Shown: positions 39,940-54,180 of the stretch, piece by piece | Layout: every line of letters begins with the position of its first letter | Position numbering within the stretch: the stretch's first letter is position 1 | Origin: Camelus dromedarius | Lineage: Eukaryota | DNA length: 64,000 nt | Reading direction: 5' to 3' | Assembly: GCF_036321535.1 (NCBI RefSeq) | Contig: NC_087437.1 | Coordinates: forward strand, 23,376,001 to 23,440,000 | Made by a program: the position numbers and the translations under genes | The notes under the pieces: generated by a model | What the model saw: only the letters and a program-made list of their open reading frames with translations | Databases searched by the model: none | What the model was told of the DNA's origin: nothing

Positions 39940-41320
39940 TTTGAAAATAAGGTAAAACGGATCAATTTACAGGAAAAATATGATTAGCAAATACAGCCCA
40001 AGAATTAGAAAACCTGAAATTACCAATAACCATGAATTTAAAATTGATATTTAATTTCAAAATTAGACACCAGCCTCAGAAAAATTGAATTGATAAGGTG
40101 TATTGAATTTTCAAGGAGTAGGTATTTCTCAAATTATAAAGTTATTATAGACTACTGAAAAGCTAAAAGATGACTGAATTCATTTTTAGGTGATCAATGT
40201 ACTCTAGGACATAGCAGGAGGGAGAGCTTGTAAATACAAAAGCAAAAATGGTTTTGTAAGTATTACCACATTTATCTAGCATTGAGTAAAAGGAAATCAC
40301 AACAAACTAGGAATTAAAAGATCATACAACATTTAAAAATCTATTAATGTCCTCTACATTAACAGATCAAAATTAGAAAAACACCACAATTACAGAAAAA
40401 ATATTTGATAAAATTCTACACACATTTTTGATAAAATATTTTAACAAACCATGAATAAATGGGAACTTCTTTTATCTGATAAAAATGTTCAACTATAAAC
40501 ACAGCAATTATCATACTTAACAGTTAAATGACATAAATATTCCCATTAAAGTCAAGAACAGGACAAAATTCCACTACTGTTGTAGGGTTTCTAGTCAATT
40601 CTACAATATTTCAAAAACAGGAAAAGAAAGAGAAATCTGTAATTATTTCCTGGCAATACAAATATCTCTCCAGAGAATTGAAAATAAAATAATGGATAAA
40701 TTTATTAAAACTAATAAAAGGTTTCCGCAATATACTGGACACACATCAATATATACACAAGTAATAAACCTGCAATAGTGAATTAAGAAATAATAGAAAA
40801 GATTGTATGTATAATAGCAAAAAAATTAAAAAGTAGCAAAGAATGAACCTAAAAATAAATGAATAAAACTTTGATAAATTTATTAACATTAAAGAAAATC
40901 AGACTGAATGGAGGAGTATATCATATACTTGAAGTGTAAGATGTCAGTTCTCCCAAAAGTCAGCTATAAACTCAGCATAATAAAAATCTCCATTCCTACA
41001 GGTTATTCCTAACACAGATGTTTCTGATCAGCATAGGGAAGTATGAACCTAAACCAAGCCATATTAAAAATGAAAAGGTCATAAAGAAGTTGGCAATAGA
41101 AAAAAATATATCAATGGCATTGTGAAAGAATCCCAGAAATAGGCTCGTGAATATACGGATATTTGATAAATGATAATGTCGGCATAGCAATACAATGGAT
41201 GAAATTTAAGTTTGGGTTTAACAGTATTGTCCAACCAGGTCTGAGGAGAGAGAAAGAATACTACCTCCTGGCTGTTTCTCAAATTTCAAATGGATTAAAA
41301 ATCTAGCATTAAAAAAACCC
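39940..41320 (+). mobile_element. Degenerate L1M ORF2 (RT region) fragments
   Basis: GAAAAAATATTTGATAAAATTCTACAC (EKxFDKI-like), TTCCCATTAAAGTCAAGAACAGGACAA, TTTCAAATGGATTAAAAATCTA. Confidence 0.8.
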
Positions 41321-42329
41321 TAAAATATTTACTTTATTCAAGTCTTCACTTGAATTTTATCTTTTCAGTGAGATCTACCATGACCACCCTATTTTCCCTT
41401 AATATGTATAATTGTATTTGTTGAGATCAAAGGAAATTCCAATATAACTCCTTTATAAAATCCTGAATGTTGTAAGAACTTGATTTCAATGAGGGTCATA
41501 ATATATTCCATGATTGTATATAACAAAGAATTGAAAGAACATGTTTGTCCTGTGAAGAAGTTGTTAGCTCTGCCAAAAAATATTATTAATATGTGTTATT
41601 CCATCCTCCGTTGTTACTCCCATTTTAATTTTTTATTATAAAGTATATTGTTTAGCAGTTTGTATTCACAGGATGCTCACAAATCATTCATTCTGATACA
41701 AGATCAATGATCAAGGCTATATTTACATCAATCATCAGCAAATTTTATGTTACCTTAACTAAAGTCAAAATCAAAGAATTACTAAAGGTTTCTGAAATTT
41801 GGTAGAAAACTTGAAGTAATACAAAAAAAAATACATCTCTCCCTTGATAGAACAAGCTAGTTTCCAGTCCTATTTTAGATACATGGCAATTTTCCCATGT
41901 CTTATTAACCTACCTTTCTTGTTTCTTTTCATTAACACCTGGTTGGAACTCAGCCTCCCATTGGGAAACACCTGTCCACAGTTAATAAGGTGTTAATTGT
42001 AAAAACAATAAAAAGTGGAGTTGCAGAATTAGTTCACAGATTCTTAAACAAGTTATAAAAAATTCAAGAATAGAAAATAAAAAAATAAAAGTATGTTATT
42101 TTTATAAGAATTAAAACTTTACAGTGATTTCATCTTTGTATCTTTGGGCAAGTTACTGAAACTCTCAGTGCCTTGCTTTACTTATCTTGAGAATGGGGAT
42201 AAAAATCATATTTATTTCATAGAATTCTTATAGAGATCAATGTAGTCAATGCAGGTGGTACAGTATTATCTTTGAGTCAATAGCAACCACATGTCACTGC
42301 ATTTTGTATCTCATAGAGGACTAATTCTA

Positions 42330-42531
42330 AACAAGTTGTGATTTTTTTTTCCCTTATAGGATATTTGGGAATAACTGGAAATACTATTGGTTCTCTGAAG
42401 GAGTAGTGCTACTGGCTTCTAGAGGACAGAGGCCAATGGTGCTTCTTAAAATACTACAACACCCAGGACAGTCTCTCATAACAAAGAGTTATCCAGTCTT
42501 AAATGTCAATAGTGCTGATGCTGAGAAAGCC
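42330..42531. mobile_element. MER20, opposite orientation to the copy at 32976
   Basis: GTGCTACTGGCTTCTAGAGGACAGAGGCC...AAATGTCAATAGTGCTGATGCTGAGAAA. Confidence 0.8.
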
Positions 42532-45500
42532 CACATTAAAGCAACGATTTAAATTGTTAAACAAAGAAATGTGGCTAAAATGCCAACAGAGGTATTAAAT
42601 TAGTACATGAAAAGTTATTAACTAACCCAAAAGAAAGCATGAAAGGGAGAATAAAGGAAGGGGAAAAAGATGTGGCAAAAAAAAAAAAAATAGCAAGATG
42701 GTAGACTTAAGCTCTAATATATAAAATAATTATATAAAATGTAAATGAATTAATGGGATCAGAGGAGTAGGTTGGCCAACTTATGTACTCTGCTCAACAG
42801 TTTGAATCTCAGAGATCCTCTTTTAAATGCAGATCTCTCTACCCTTCTCCCTACTCCTTTGAGTTCTACAAGATGAGGAGGAATGGGCAAGGGAGGTGAA
42901 GGTCATGTTTTAGTTAAATCAAGACTTTCCATGTGATTATAAATACTCATAAGACTAGCACAAAAATTAAGAATAAAATTGGAAACCAGCCTGAATGCTA
43001 TGCTGTGATATTCAAACTTTTTTCATTTTATTCCTCCTAAAAGAATTCTGAAAAAAATGTTCTGTATACTCTTGCACATTTTAAATTTATCAATAATTAT
43101 CATAATTTTACACACTGTAAAATGTTCTGACATTTTGTTGATTGGAACCTCCTTTAAACAGACAATAAAACTCACTGATGCCATAAACTCAGACAGAATG
43201 CTGTTAGTTTCCATCCTTCATAGCAGCTTCACTCTGGTCATTTAGTTTAGGCTTACAATAACTCAATCTTGCATTGGGTGCAATTTAAATATCTGAACTT
43301 TGTTTACAGTGGTAGGGTGGGATTTTATTGCATTTATCATCAACACCATTAAACTTCATATTTAGTCTTTTCAAATTTGGGAAAAAGCCATCATATAACC
43401 TAAATGGCAAAGATAGCTCTTAGCCAAAATCAGGCTGAATTTCCATGAAAATATCTGCCTTCATTTTATTTTTAATTTAAATATAATCATTTTTTATTCC
43501 CATGACAGAAATCTCACTACTTAATTCTAAGATAATTAGGCTGAATCAAGAATACAGAAAGCCCCACCCTTCCTTTGGTGATGGAGGAAATAAGGTGCTT
43601 CCCCTTCAATAGCCTTCTCTTTATTTTGCCCTCATGGTGCGCTCCACAAAAGCAATATATCTAAAATCCTCCTTTGGTGCCTACACGCGTTTTCACCTGA
43701 TGACAATGCACCATGTCGTGTGGGGTGGGTGAGATGGACCTGTTCCCTTTGTGTAGGGGTAAAAGGGCAGTTTTGAAAGGAGAGGCAAGAAAAAATAGTT
43801 GGCAAATCACAGATGTTCTCAGGCAGATTGATTTCTGGAAAGGACATGTATTAAAGTTAAGGGTCTGGAAATTGATTTTTCTAGAAGCCATCTATGTCCT
43901 GTCCACATACCTGCTAGAAAATCTTTGTGCATCCTTGGGTGTTTTAAGTACCTAATTTTGAAGACTACTGCTCTATAAAATAACAGTTCAAAAATGTCTT
44001 AGTGATATTTTCATATTTGCTTTCCACTGATAAGGTCTTATATTTGTTCTTGAGAAAATTATATAAAATAATGGTTCAAAATAAGAACAAGAAATGCTAC
44101 AAGTATGAACTTGCTCTTTTCTATTGCTTTGGTCAGTCTTTTTGTCTGTCTGTCTCAGGTACAACCTACATACATACACACGTACACACGCATGTGCACA
44201 CACACATACACACATGCTCGATTTTGTCTGCAACAGAACATTCTCATTAATATTTAATACTCAGTTATTAAATAGATTAATAAAGTTATCTACCTACTAG
44301 ACATTTTGCTAGTCTCTGCAGATATAGACATTTATAATAAGCAATCCTTAATCCAAACAGCACACAGTCTAGAGAGGAAGAAACACTGACAGTCATTACC
44401 TGGTCACTTCCTGAATGCCTCATCACACGACAGCGACTGGTGTACCTGCAGCTACAGCACCACGTGATGAGAGCTGGTGGGCTACAGAACGTCCTGTCCA
44501 CTTGGCATCAGCAGGTGCTGGCATATCCGGAGCTGCCTCTGTGAGGTCCCAGGTAATGCTTTCTGGTAGCAACTCAGAGTGGATGAGTTGTTGCTGTGCC
44601 TGCAAAGGTGCAGTTGTGATGCCTGTGGTTGTTTGTTTTACTTTATTTGTTTTTAACAGTAGCCCCAAACTCAAGAAAGAGCCACCCCTCACCCTAGACT
44701 GACTCCATGTGAGAAGCTGTTCCTTTGGGCTCTCCTGTAGTGCTTCTCCTTCAAATAAGTTATCACGGAGGGCTGCCTTATATTATGAAAATTTAAAAAA
44801 TAGCTGAACAGTCTTAACTATGATAGTTAAAGAAAGTATTTGGATGCATAGAGGACTATAATTCTAGTTATATCCACAAAAGAAATAAATTAACTAAGCC
44901 TCTGTAGCTGCTTAGGGCTTTGCTTATTTCTTATAATAACAGATTTTAAAAGCACATGTGGCATAAAAAGTTAGACTTACTCAATTTCTTAAAATAAGCT
45001 CCAATTATCAAAATTTTTTGTCTTTAACTCTGAACATGCTTCATGGCAATTAAATGAATCTGTATTGAGCAGAAAAAATATATACAGTCAGAATAGAAAA
45101 ACTGCCACTTAAAAACAACAAAAAAAAGAACCTAAGTATAGTTTGTATTTTATAGATTTTCTGATACTTTAGTACAAATTAAAGATTCCTTCCTGCCAGT
45201 CACTACAAGTCTGGCAATGAGGTTCATTTTGTTGCCACACAATCATTTTTATTTACCAAACGTAAGTCTCAGATAACTGCATTGATTCCGCCACACTTGA
45301 GGCCATTTATTCGGAAAGAAAAGTATTGTATAAAAGACATTTTAAAATAACAATAGCAGCAAAGGGCAGCTGCTAGAGGTTTAATGAGGTTTTCTGTTCA
45401 GATAAAGTCGAGCATTCCTGCAGAACAAGATCAATACTGGCTTATTTTACTTAGATATTTTGGGAGACTTTATAACAGCAATTTTTTTAAATCATGGGGT

Positions 45501-45881
45501 CTTTTAAAGCAAGTGGCAAAGGGCCCACATAGATTGATTAATCCATACTAAATTTGACCACATTCAAAATACTGGCTTATCTTCTCCCTAAACTTGACCT
45601 ATAAAGGTAAAACTTTTCTGGACAAATGATATAGAATGCTAGACCTGATGAAAAGCAAAATGAAGGCTGCCTAGGATCCCAAAAAAAGTATAACCAGACA
45701 CAATTCCAAATGCCGTACTTGTTTGAATGTTCACATTTCACAAAACCATGACTACTTTTCGAATAAATAATGTCTTTTTTAAAATCTATAAAGTTCTTTT
45801 TCCAGCAGAACAATTTGAAAGTAATTATAATGAACTTAAATTCTGGTGTGGAGGGCTGGTGGCTTCTGAGGACAAAATCAT

Positions 45882-45917
45882 TTATTATTAATTATTATTA
45901 TTATTATTATTATTATT

Positions 45918-45963
<46 letters not shown>
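45882..45963. repeat. Compound (ATT)n(ATC)n microsatellite
   Basis: Direct read; produces the poly-Y/poly-H ORF 45770..45967. Confidence 0.95.
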
Positions 45964-47332
45964 ATAACAACATTTCTTACTTTAAATTTAGTAATGTACT
46001 CTGCAACTCCTGGGTGGCCAATAATACATATCTTCCATATATATAAACTTACCTTAAACACAGATACCTGAACACACCTATAAAGATTGTATTTTCATCT
46101 TTATAATTTTACAGATAGGGTCACTGAAGTTCAAAAGAAGAAGTAAGCTATCCAGTGTTATCTATGAGTAAGCATCTGATCCAAGGTCTAATTCTGGGTA
46201 AGACTGGTGCCAAATTCTATGGCCTTACCAGTAATTAGACACAGTAAATCTCCTAAGTAAGAGATTTCAGTACTACAAAGGCTCCTAACATCTAAGGATG
46301 CATGAAACAAAAAGTCATGAAGTCTTTATTTTCTATTTTAGAAGTGGTATATAGGTCTGTAGGATTCACAAAATGTAACTGTCAAAGTCTCTTAATAAAT
46401 TTGATATTTTGATTCTGAGAGAACTCATAGAATTAAACTATGGAATTTCACTGGTTTATTCCCAGCCATGTGTTTTATGACTGCTCTGGCTTAGATTTTA
46501 AGCCCTTAAATTTGTCTATCTGGAAAGGGAAGTAAACCTTAGAATAGGAAACGTACAGGCCATTGATCCAAACAACAAATATAATCATTCATCACTTTTC
46601 TGACAAATATTAATTTTTGACCATGGCATTCAGTTTATTTTATTATTTCATGTTGTTTCTACATCCTTGGTTCATCAGTAAACTCTTGGGTTGAACTTAC
46701 ATTAGGTCATTTTGTTACACAATTTCCAAGCTCCAAGTGATACAACAGAAACAACTAACAGAATATGTTCCCTATTGAAATTTTAAACTGCTTCAATAGA
46801 CAATATTCAGATTTAAACTGTGCACTAAAATATTGCATGGGTACTAAGTCCAATAGAAAAAAAATTAGTGAAGTCTATTAAGCACAGACTGATTTACTAG
46901 ATTATTTTTAAAGAGTTGACAGAGTGAGGACTTTTTACATCTTGCTTAACTGCTTACTTCATGGACAAGTCCCTGGATATTCTCAGATGACAATGATTTG
47001 ATTTTGGGAGACAAATACCAGTAGCTTCCAACTGTTATATTCTGGGTAGTGTATGACATTACATAACCAACTGTATAACTATACATGGAAAGTCCAAAAG
47101 AACATGTTTAGTCCATGAAAAAGTTGCTAGTTTTGCCACACAGTATTAGATTGCTTAGAAATTTTGCTAAGCCTAACTAATAAGTATTTTTCATCTCATA
47201 GAAGAAAAGCTTACATTTTCTTCACAAAATATATGGCTAGTAATGGAAAGTTATTAGTGTTTAATAATAACAAAGTAATGTTCAAAGGTATATTTAAAAA
47301 ATCAAATCAACAGCTTTAATGTTTGTGTACAT

Positions 47333-47491
47333 CGGTGGCTCCCAACATTCCCTGTTGTGAATTCCTGGGCCTCACCGCAGAAATTTTTTTCTTTTTCATT
47401 TGGTCTAGATTTGGGCCTGAGCAGAGACACTTTTTTTTTTTTTAAAGCTCCCTAGGTAATTCAAATGTGCAGGCAAAGCTGAGAACTACTG
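47333..47491. mobile_element. MER5A-like DNA transposon
   Basis: AAAGCTCCCTAGGTAATTCAAATGTGCAGGCAAAGCTGAGAACTACTG end. Confidence 0.8.
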
Positions 47492-48389
47492 ATTCAGATT
47501 AAAATAAAAGAGATGAACTAAGAACAGTTTCTGAATTCTGGCCAAAAATGTAAAATGATTTTTAAGAGAAATGCTCCCTTGATAAAACAAGGTTATTTAC
47601 TGTCCAATTTCAAATACAAAGCTATTTTCCTGTCTCACAGTCATCTATCTTTCTTACTTGTTTTTATTAGCAGTTAATTTCCATTGGGAAACATACGTCC
47701 GCTGTTTAACAAGGTGTTTTCCATAGAAACATTTGACAGGGGATTCACAGAGCCAGTCCATAGACTTCAAAGATAGGAAAGCATTTTTGAGAAGTAGCAA
47801 TGTTCCTAACTCTACCTAATTCCCTCAGAAGCCATGCTGAGAAGTTCACAAAACACTGATAATTCATATTGAGTTTTACAAATATATGAAGCAAACTAAT
47901 CTCCCAATTTTAAAAGTTTACCTTTTGTGATGAAGTTGAGGTAAAAAGAACTATGGGGGAGAAACAGAAAAAATTAATGGACAGTATTTTGTAACAGTGT
48001 AGGAACTGTTTCTAAGTTGTAAAATCTGAAATCCAAAAATGTCTTTCCACAGTAGTGGTAACCCCCCCCCCCATTAGATGGAGGGAGAATGATGCAGGGC
48101 TTTTAACAAAATCTGGGGTGCGAGAGATGAGACAAGCTGTGCCTAAGCTGCCTTGACAACTCTCTTCATTCTTCCATGGCACTGTCTTTAGAAAATGGAG
48201 GAGAAATAGAGGAGTGAAAAAATGAAAGGCCCTCAAACTTCGTCTTGGTGAGGGGCACCTAGTGTGTAAGTCTGGGATAAAGGAAATAAAGAATTTACTC
48301 CTCATGTCAGAGCAAAGAGAAATGTCATGAGAAAGAAATTTTTTAAATGGCATGCTTTTTTTTTTAAATGATCGAAGAAAAATCTACAT

Positions 48390-49720
48390 TTTGCAAAAGT
48401 CAGTAAAAAATTACCCCAGCCTAAGGAAACAAAAACACAGAAAACAGAAATAAATTCTCAAGGAAATGCTTTGTGCTGTAAAACAACACTATGAACATGA
48501 ATGCAACAGAACAAAATACTAAAATATGTTGATAAAACAGGAAGAGAAGTAAAGGCAAATTAAAGACATAAGTTAGAAAATTAGGATGGAGACACACCAC
48601 AAAAATGTTGAAAAAATTAGAAATGAAAAGAAATGTATAGACATCTGAAATTAAATTAATAACACTGAGTAAAGGTTTGAGATAACTGCAGCAAACATAC
48701 ATGAAAAATAAAAAAAGATTAAAGGTATCAGTGAGAAGCAAAATCATATGGAAGAAACAAAATTGACCCAGTTGAAGCATTATTGTCTTCAAATTTATAA
48801 TAAATAAATAAATAAGCAAGCAACATCTTCTGAAATAAATGACTAATCTGCAGTATAAAAAAGCATATAAGTTCTAGAAAAATTCCATGTAGAACATGTG
48901 ACACAAAGATTAATTCTAATTAATTTATAAAAGTCTGTTCATGAAGAAAGAATATTTTGGGCATCTATGGAGAAAGAAAATCTTTCAAGAGAAAAAATCA
49001 AAACAGACTGTCCCTGAGACACTTCCCAGCAACATTCAATGCCTGAGCATTAGACTAATCACTTCTAACCTTGAAACAAAGAGAGATCCAATTACCCATA
49101 GCTGGCAAGTTAGAGTCCGACTGTAAAGCAAACATTCTCAAAAGTAAAAGAACTCAGAGTAGCCAGGCCTTCTTGCTACCAGTAGAAATTACTTGGTCAG
49201 AAAAAAGATCCAAATCAGTAGCAATCATTTAAAAATTAAAACAATACCAGTGAACAAGAAAAAAATACCTTATTATTTATGTAGACCATTGAATATTGAA
49301 GAATACTCAAGAAATTCGGATTATTGCACAATAGGATGCAAATATCATCAACTTGGATTCTACAAAATGTAGTAAAATTAACAAAAAGAGGCTAGTGTTC
49401 AGTCTTTCTTAGAGGGAAGTCAACACAACTGTCTACAATTGAAATTTACAGCTTACAGACTAATGATCTCAACTCCTTAATACTAAATATATTTTCTCAA
49501 TTTTGTAAGGCTTTTTAAAGAAATACATCTTTTAAGAAATACATCTTTTGTAAGGCTTTTTGAAGAAATATTTAAATATTCACAGTCTCTTCAGTTTCTC
49601 TTCATCCATATTATGGAAAAATATAAAATACAAAAAAACACTTTTATTTTAAAAAGTATCAAACTGTATCTTGTCTTCTCTCTGTAGGCATGGAGAAAAA
49701 GATGATTGGAATGATGTCAT
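48390..49720 (+). mobile_element. HAL1/L1ME ORF1-like relic
   Basis: A-rich degenerate ORF1-like sequence (GAAAAAATCAAAACAGACTGTCCCTGAGACACTTCCC). Confidence 0.5.
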
Positions 49721-50037
49721 TTTAGGTGGCAGGATTCAGAACTGCTTATATTCTTTATAATGAGTATAAGAATGTATTAGTTTTCTTTCTACAAAAATAG
49801 TTTTAAAAACTGGTCTCAGACTGTAGTTATAAACTATAGGCTTCTGCAGCATTTGATACTGACCTATCTTTGTATTACTCTGACAAAACAAAAATAAAAA
49901 GGAGTGTTTAAAATGAGTATCTAGTAATTCTATCATAAAATGATTCATAAGAATAATAATTGGTAATACAGAACACGTGATTATTATTACCTGGGATGAT
50001 GTCAGTTACTCTGCATGTCATATGTCATATTAGGTAA

Positions 50038-51068
50038 TGTTACGTACCTCCCTGCGTTGGTCCCCAGTGAGAGTTTTTCCGCGCAGTGTTGCTGGCACCA
50101 ATAGAACCAGACGGTTCAACAGTGAAGGAAAGTTTTATTCTTTGCTTAAAGAATGGAGAGGTGGGAGGTGGACCTCTAGGGCGAAAGCCTCCTCGACAGG
50201 CTGTGGCTGGGCTGCTTCCCTCGAGCACGAGACTCCTGTGCGGTGAGAATCTCCCACCGCGAGATTCCTGTCGCGAGATTCCCGTGGACGAGATTCTCGT
50301 GGGGCGAGATTCTCCCACAGCGAGATTCCCGTGGGGCGAGATTCCCGCGGGAAGGGAAACTGGCGGGATGGAGTTCTCACGGTGACTTGTCAGGAACAGC
50401 TCTTCGCACTAGAAACTCTGCTCTGAAGTGCAGGTTCCAGGCCTCTGCATGCGGCACCCTGTGAGCAGGTGAAACTAGATGAAGCACGAGGAAAAGAAAT
50501 AAAAAGGTTAGACTTTATTTTATTACCCATCTTCTATTTTTATTCCCCACGAATTGCTCATGGGGTTTGCCGGTGACAAACTCGTCCTGTCTTTTGTCTC
50601 TCTCCTTTTTCTTGAGAGGCGCTGAGGGGCAAGAAGCCTCTTGTAACTCCTTCCTGCTGAGTTTGGGCGTTGTGGTCGTAACCCCTAGTGCAGGAGCAGA
50701 GCTTTTCCCCAGCTGCCTTTAGATATGTCCCAGCCCTTAACTCGGACTGTTCCTGCCCCTGAGTGACCACCATTTGGAGTTTTATAGATTCTACTGCGTT
50801 TGGAGACAAAAGACACCAGACAATTTAGGATGCAGAGCCCTAACTCTCTGCTAGCAAAGAATAATGGTCCTTAAGGGGCCTAGGAAAGGTACAAGCCTAG
50901 TGATGCTGGGGAGGGCCTGTTTTACTCCGCTCCAAATTTGTTCAGCCAAATTAGACTGACTGGGCTCAGCTCTGAAAAAGAGGTTGGGTCCAAACACAGA
51001 TTTCTGTATAATATGATAGATAGAATTCACATCCTTCAAGCAAGCTCCTATAAGGACTGTTTCATTCA
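50038..51068 (-). mobile_element. Solo ERV LTR (probably ERV1), CpG-rich, probably lineage-specific
   Basis: TG...CA termini (right end at 51064 or 51068) and an abrupt rise in GC/CpG. Minus-strand TATA-like CTATAAAA near 50780 and AATAAA near 50135. Possible 4-bp TSD GTAA/ATAA. Confidence 0.78.
50228..50351. repeat. Degenerate tandem array of GCGAGATTC(C/T)CG units inside the LTR
   Basis: About 8 units of roughly 13-18 bp, with CpGs retained. Confidence 0.85.
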
Positions 51069-51299
51069 ATAACTGTTATAATAATAATTAGCAGTAATAT
51101 TGTCCTTTTGACCAATATGGAGACATTGGATAAGATGCTTGCTTAGATAAAAGGTAAGTCAACTTTTCCGCAGAAATATACTCAATATTATAGGCAGCTT
51201 CATGATTTTTTTTTTCATGAATAAGCTTGGGGCCTAATAGAATAGAAATGGCAAGTGAAGTTCTCAAATTACATGATATACAGTACTCAGTTTAACCAT

Positions 51300-51770
51300 T
51301 AGTGAAAAATGTCTCTCTAGCATTTATGCCCCACAGCATCTCACACTCCTTTCCTTTGCCTCTGTTTTCCATGCAGACTGGTTTTCTTCTGGTTTTTAGG
51401 ACATGTACATCCATTCTACTCTCTGCCTTGTCTGTTCCCTTGGTCTTGAATGCTTTTCCTCCTTATTATCTCATGGTGAGCTTCCTTTTGTCACTCAACT
51501 TCATTTTGAGTAACTTCCTTAGAGAAATCTTAGCCTGACTTCTTAATCTAGAGCACTACACAATCACTATTACACAAATGTCTTTTATTTCTCTGCAAAG
51601 CACTTGGCACCACTGGAAATTTTCTTGTTTGTTTATGCACATATGTATTTACTCATCATCTGACTTTCCCTACGTCCATGTAAAATCTTTGAAAGCACGG
51701 GCTTTTGATTGTCAGTTTCCTTGAATTTTAAAATGTTTGATAAATATTTGTTGCATGAGTGAATAAAATG
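51300..51770 (+). mobile_element. L2 3' end
   Basis: CTTGGTCTTGAATGCTTTTCCTCC...TAAATATTTGTTGCATGAGTGAATAAA. Confidence 0.7.
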
Positions 51771-53229
51771 CAACTCCCAAGCCCAACTCTCTAAGACAGA
51801 TTGGTTAGAAAATAAACAACTAGGAAAAGGAATATATTAACTTGTTTTATAAGATCTTTAGAGATAAGCCAGTTAACTATTTAAAGACATTTATCCAAAA
51901 TACAATTACATAGGGTTTAGACTGGTTGATCTCTGGGCTTTCTTCTGTATAGTATTTAATGGGCTCTTCATATTTTGCACCAAGGCCACCTAGTTCTAAT
52001 TTGTAATAGTAAAACCGTATCAGCATATAAAGTGAGTTGTTGCTTATCCTCAAATTTTTACTGAGGGATGTGGAAGTGAATTAAGGGTATCAAGCATTTC
52101 ATTTTTTCCTATAAAATGTTATCATTATCCTGTAAGACACTGTCAAAATGCTCATTTCACAGAATTAGGTTTTTTGAAACAAATTCAGGATGAACATCCA
52201 CTGGCAGGGATAATAGCATGTTTATTCAATATAGCACATATTGGATTTCTGGTCACAGAGTCCACATCCAAGGGAACCTCAATAAAAGCCATAAGTCCTC
52301 TTTGTTACTTTCAGTATAATCTAAGAGTTACTGATGAGCAGAACGATGTCAGTGATGAAACAGTGATGCCTGAGGCCCAGCTGCTTCTCTTGTAGAACAT
52401 TGGCTTCAGAAGCCCAAGACTGCAATTTATCCAGAGGAAAACTTGCATAGTGAGCTAATTGGTTATATGATGGAAGAACAGAGTTGTCTTTTTCAAAGTA
52501 TAGTAGATGTCTGTGTTGAGCAAAATAGATACACTGGAAACAGGTTTCAGAAATGATTTAATGTCCACCATTTAATGCTGTTCATAAATATTCCTAGAGA
52601 GAAGAATTTTCTCAAGTGATAAGCTTAGTTTGCAATTTCAAAATGAGTTATACAATATGATAGGGCATAATAGCATTTATATAGGCATATTTTAAGTTGT
52701 TCAATTACATGGTACATAAACTTAATGGAGGGGACAGTACATACTAAAATACCGATATAGTAGTTTTTCTAGGTAAGAAAAAATTACCCAAAAGTTGCAA
52801 ATAGGTCAAGAAGGTGGATGGCATTTATTTTCATACAGGAACATGGGCTCACTCAAAGGTTAGGGAAATATACTTTTCAATTTACTGTATGCTATTGACT
52901 GAAGGTCTCAAATTTAGTAAAGTTAAATGTTAGCTTGTTGATTTTTGTCCAGTAGAAATGCAAATTATTTCCATTTGATGGAAGAAATAAGTCAAAGATT
53001 ATAGTTTATTGCCTTTTTGGACATTAGCCAGGTTTAAAACTAATCCAAAAATTTTAACCTAACGTTATTTTTTAAATTGCTGGTAAATAACTGGTTTCTC
53101 AAATGATAATGTTTTCCTCATTAATTAACAATCTTTGTTGAATAAAATATTTGCTTATACTCATTTTTTGTTTGAATGGGTTTCACATTTTTGCCTTTGA
53201 AAAATTATACTTTAATTGCCCTACATCCG

Positions 53230-53870
53230 TATATCAGATCAGTAATACCTTCTTAATGTTCTACTCCTAAAACAGCTTTCTCCAATACCAAACCTGGTGC
53301 TTTATCCATGTTCCTGCTTCCCTCAAACCCCTTTGTCTACAGGTTATAACTCACACTGTTTAAGAATTCTAGCCCACACAATTTAACCTCTCCCTAAATC
53401 TCCAGCATTTTCTCTTGCTAAATCTACTCTCAAATTCTAAACCCCCAATCCTGTTGAGTTGCTAATAGTTACTGTAAACATGCCTAGCTGGTTCATGGTT
53501 TATGCTTTTGCTATTGTATTATTTTTGTCTGGGAATGCCTTTCTTCTAAGCACCTGTCCCACCCCTTGTCATTGTTCCAAAAATATCAAATATCACTTTT
53601 TTATATAAAATCTTGCTGGATTAATCACCTCAAAAAGCCCCAAGTAAAACTAGCTTTCTTTCATAGTTCCCTAATTCTATTTAACAGCTCTCTCAGCCCA
53701 CCTGCAATTCTTTATTGCACTTAGCTATTTACATGTCTTTCTCTGTTTACCAGACTCTGTACTTCTTACAGGTGGGCATATATCTTATGTGGCTCTGTAG
53801 TTCTGGTAGTTCCGCTGCATAGCTCTCTAATACCTAGAAGGCATCTGACACACAATTGTTGAAAATTAAA
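53230..53870 (+). mobile_element. L2 fragment
   Basis: TTTGTCTGGGAATGCCTTTC...ATTGTTGAA. Confidence 0.6.
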
Positions 53871-54049
53871 ATAATCGGAAAATATGAATTGGGAAGACAA
53901 TATGATTAACATCATAATGTGAAAACTGGAAAGAATCTTAGAGATCAGTTAGTTACTCTGAGGTTTCTGTACAAATTACACTCTGCATGAGTAATCCATC
54001 TAAATTCTACATTTTAGAAACTAAGGATAAATGGTAGAAGTGTCTCTGT

Positions 54050-54180
54050 TTACTCACTCAGTGATCCCAAACCTCCATTTTAGATAAAAAACTGAGGCCT
54101 AGAAATAAGGCCTAGATTGTCCATGGTCATACACCAATTCAGGGACAGAATGAGGATTGGCCCTTTTGTCTTGAATCTCA
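54050..54180 (-). mobile_element. MIR SINE
   Basis: CCATTTTAGATAAAAAACTGAGGCCTAGA...GTCCATGGTCATAC. Confidence 0.65.

Noticed and set aside
45770..45967. Poly-Tyr/poly-His ORF
   Set aside because: It is an artefact of the compound trinucleotide microsatellite.
48012..48819. 113-aa and 132-aa minus-strand ORFs
   Set aside because: They are F/L-rich antisense readings of A-rich, partly L1-derived DNA.
50037..50809. Cluster of overlapping ORFs; repeats superficially resembling a CRISPR array
   Set aside because: This is a GC-rich LTR with a degenerate tandem repeat, no unique spacers of constant length, in a eukaryotic context.
52331..52373. TGATGA...CTGA resembling C/D snoRNA boxes
   Set aside because: The span is about 43 nt, too short for a C/D snoRNA, and there is no terminal stem.
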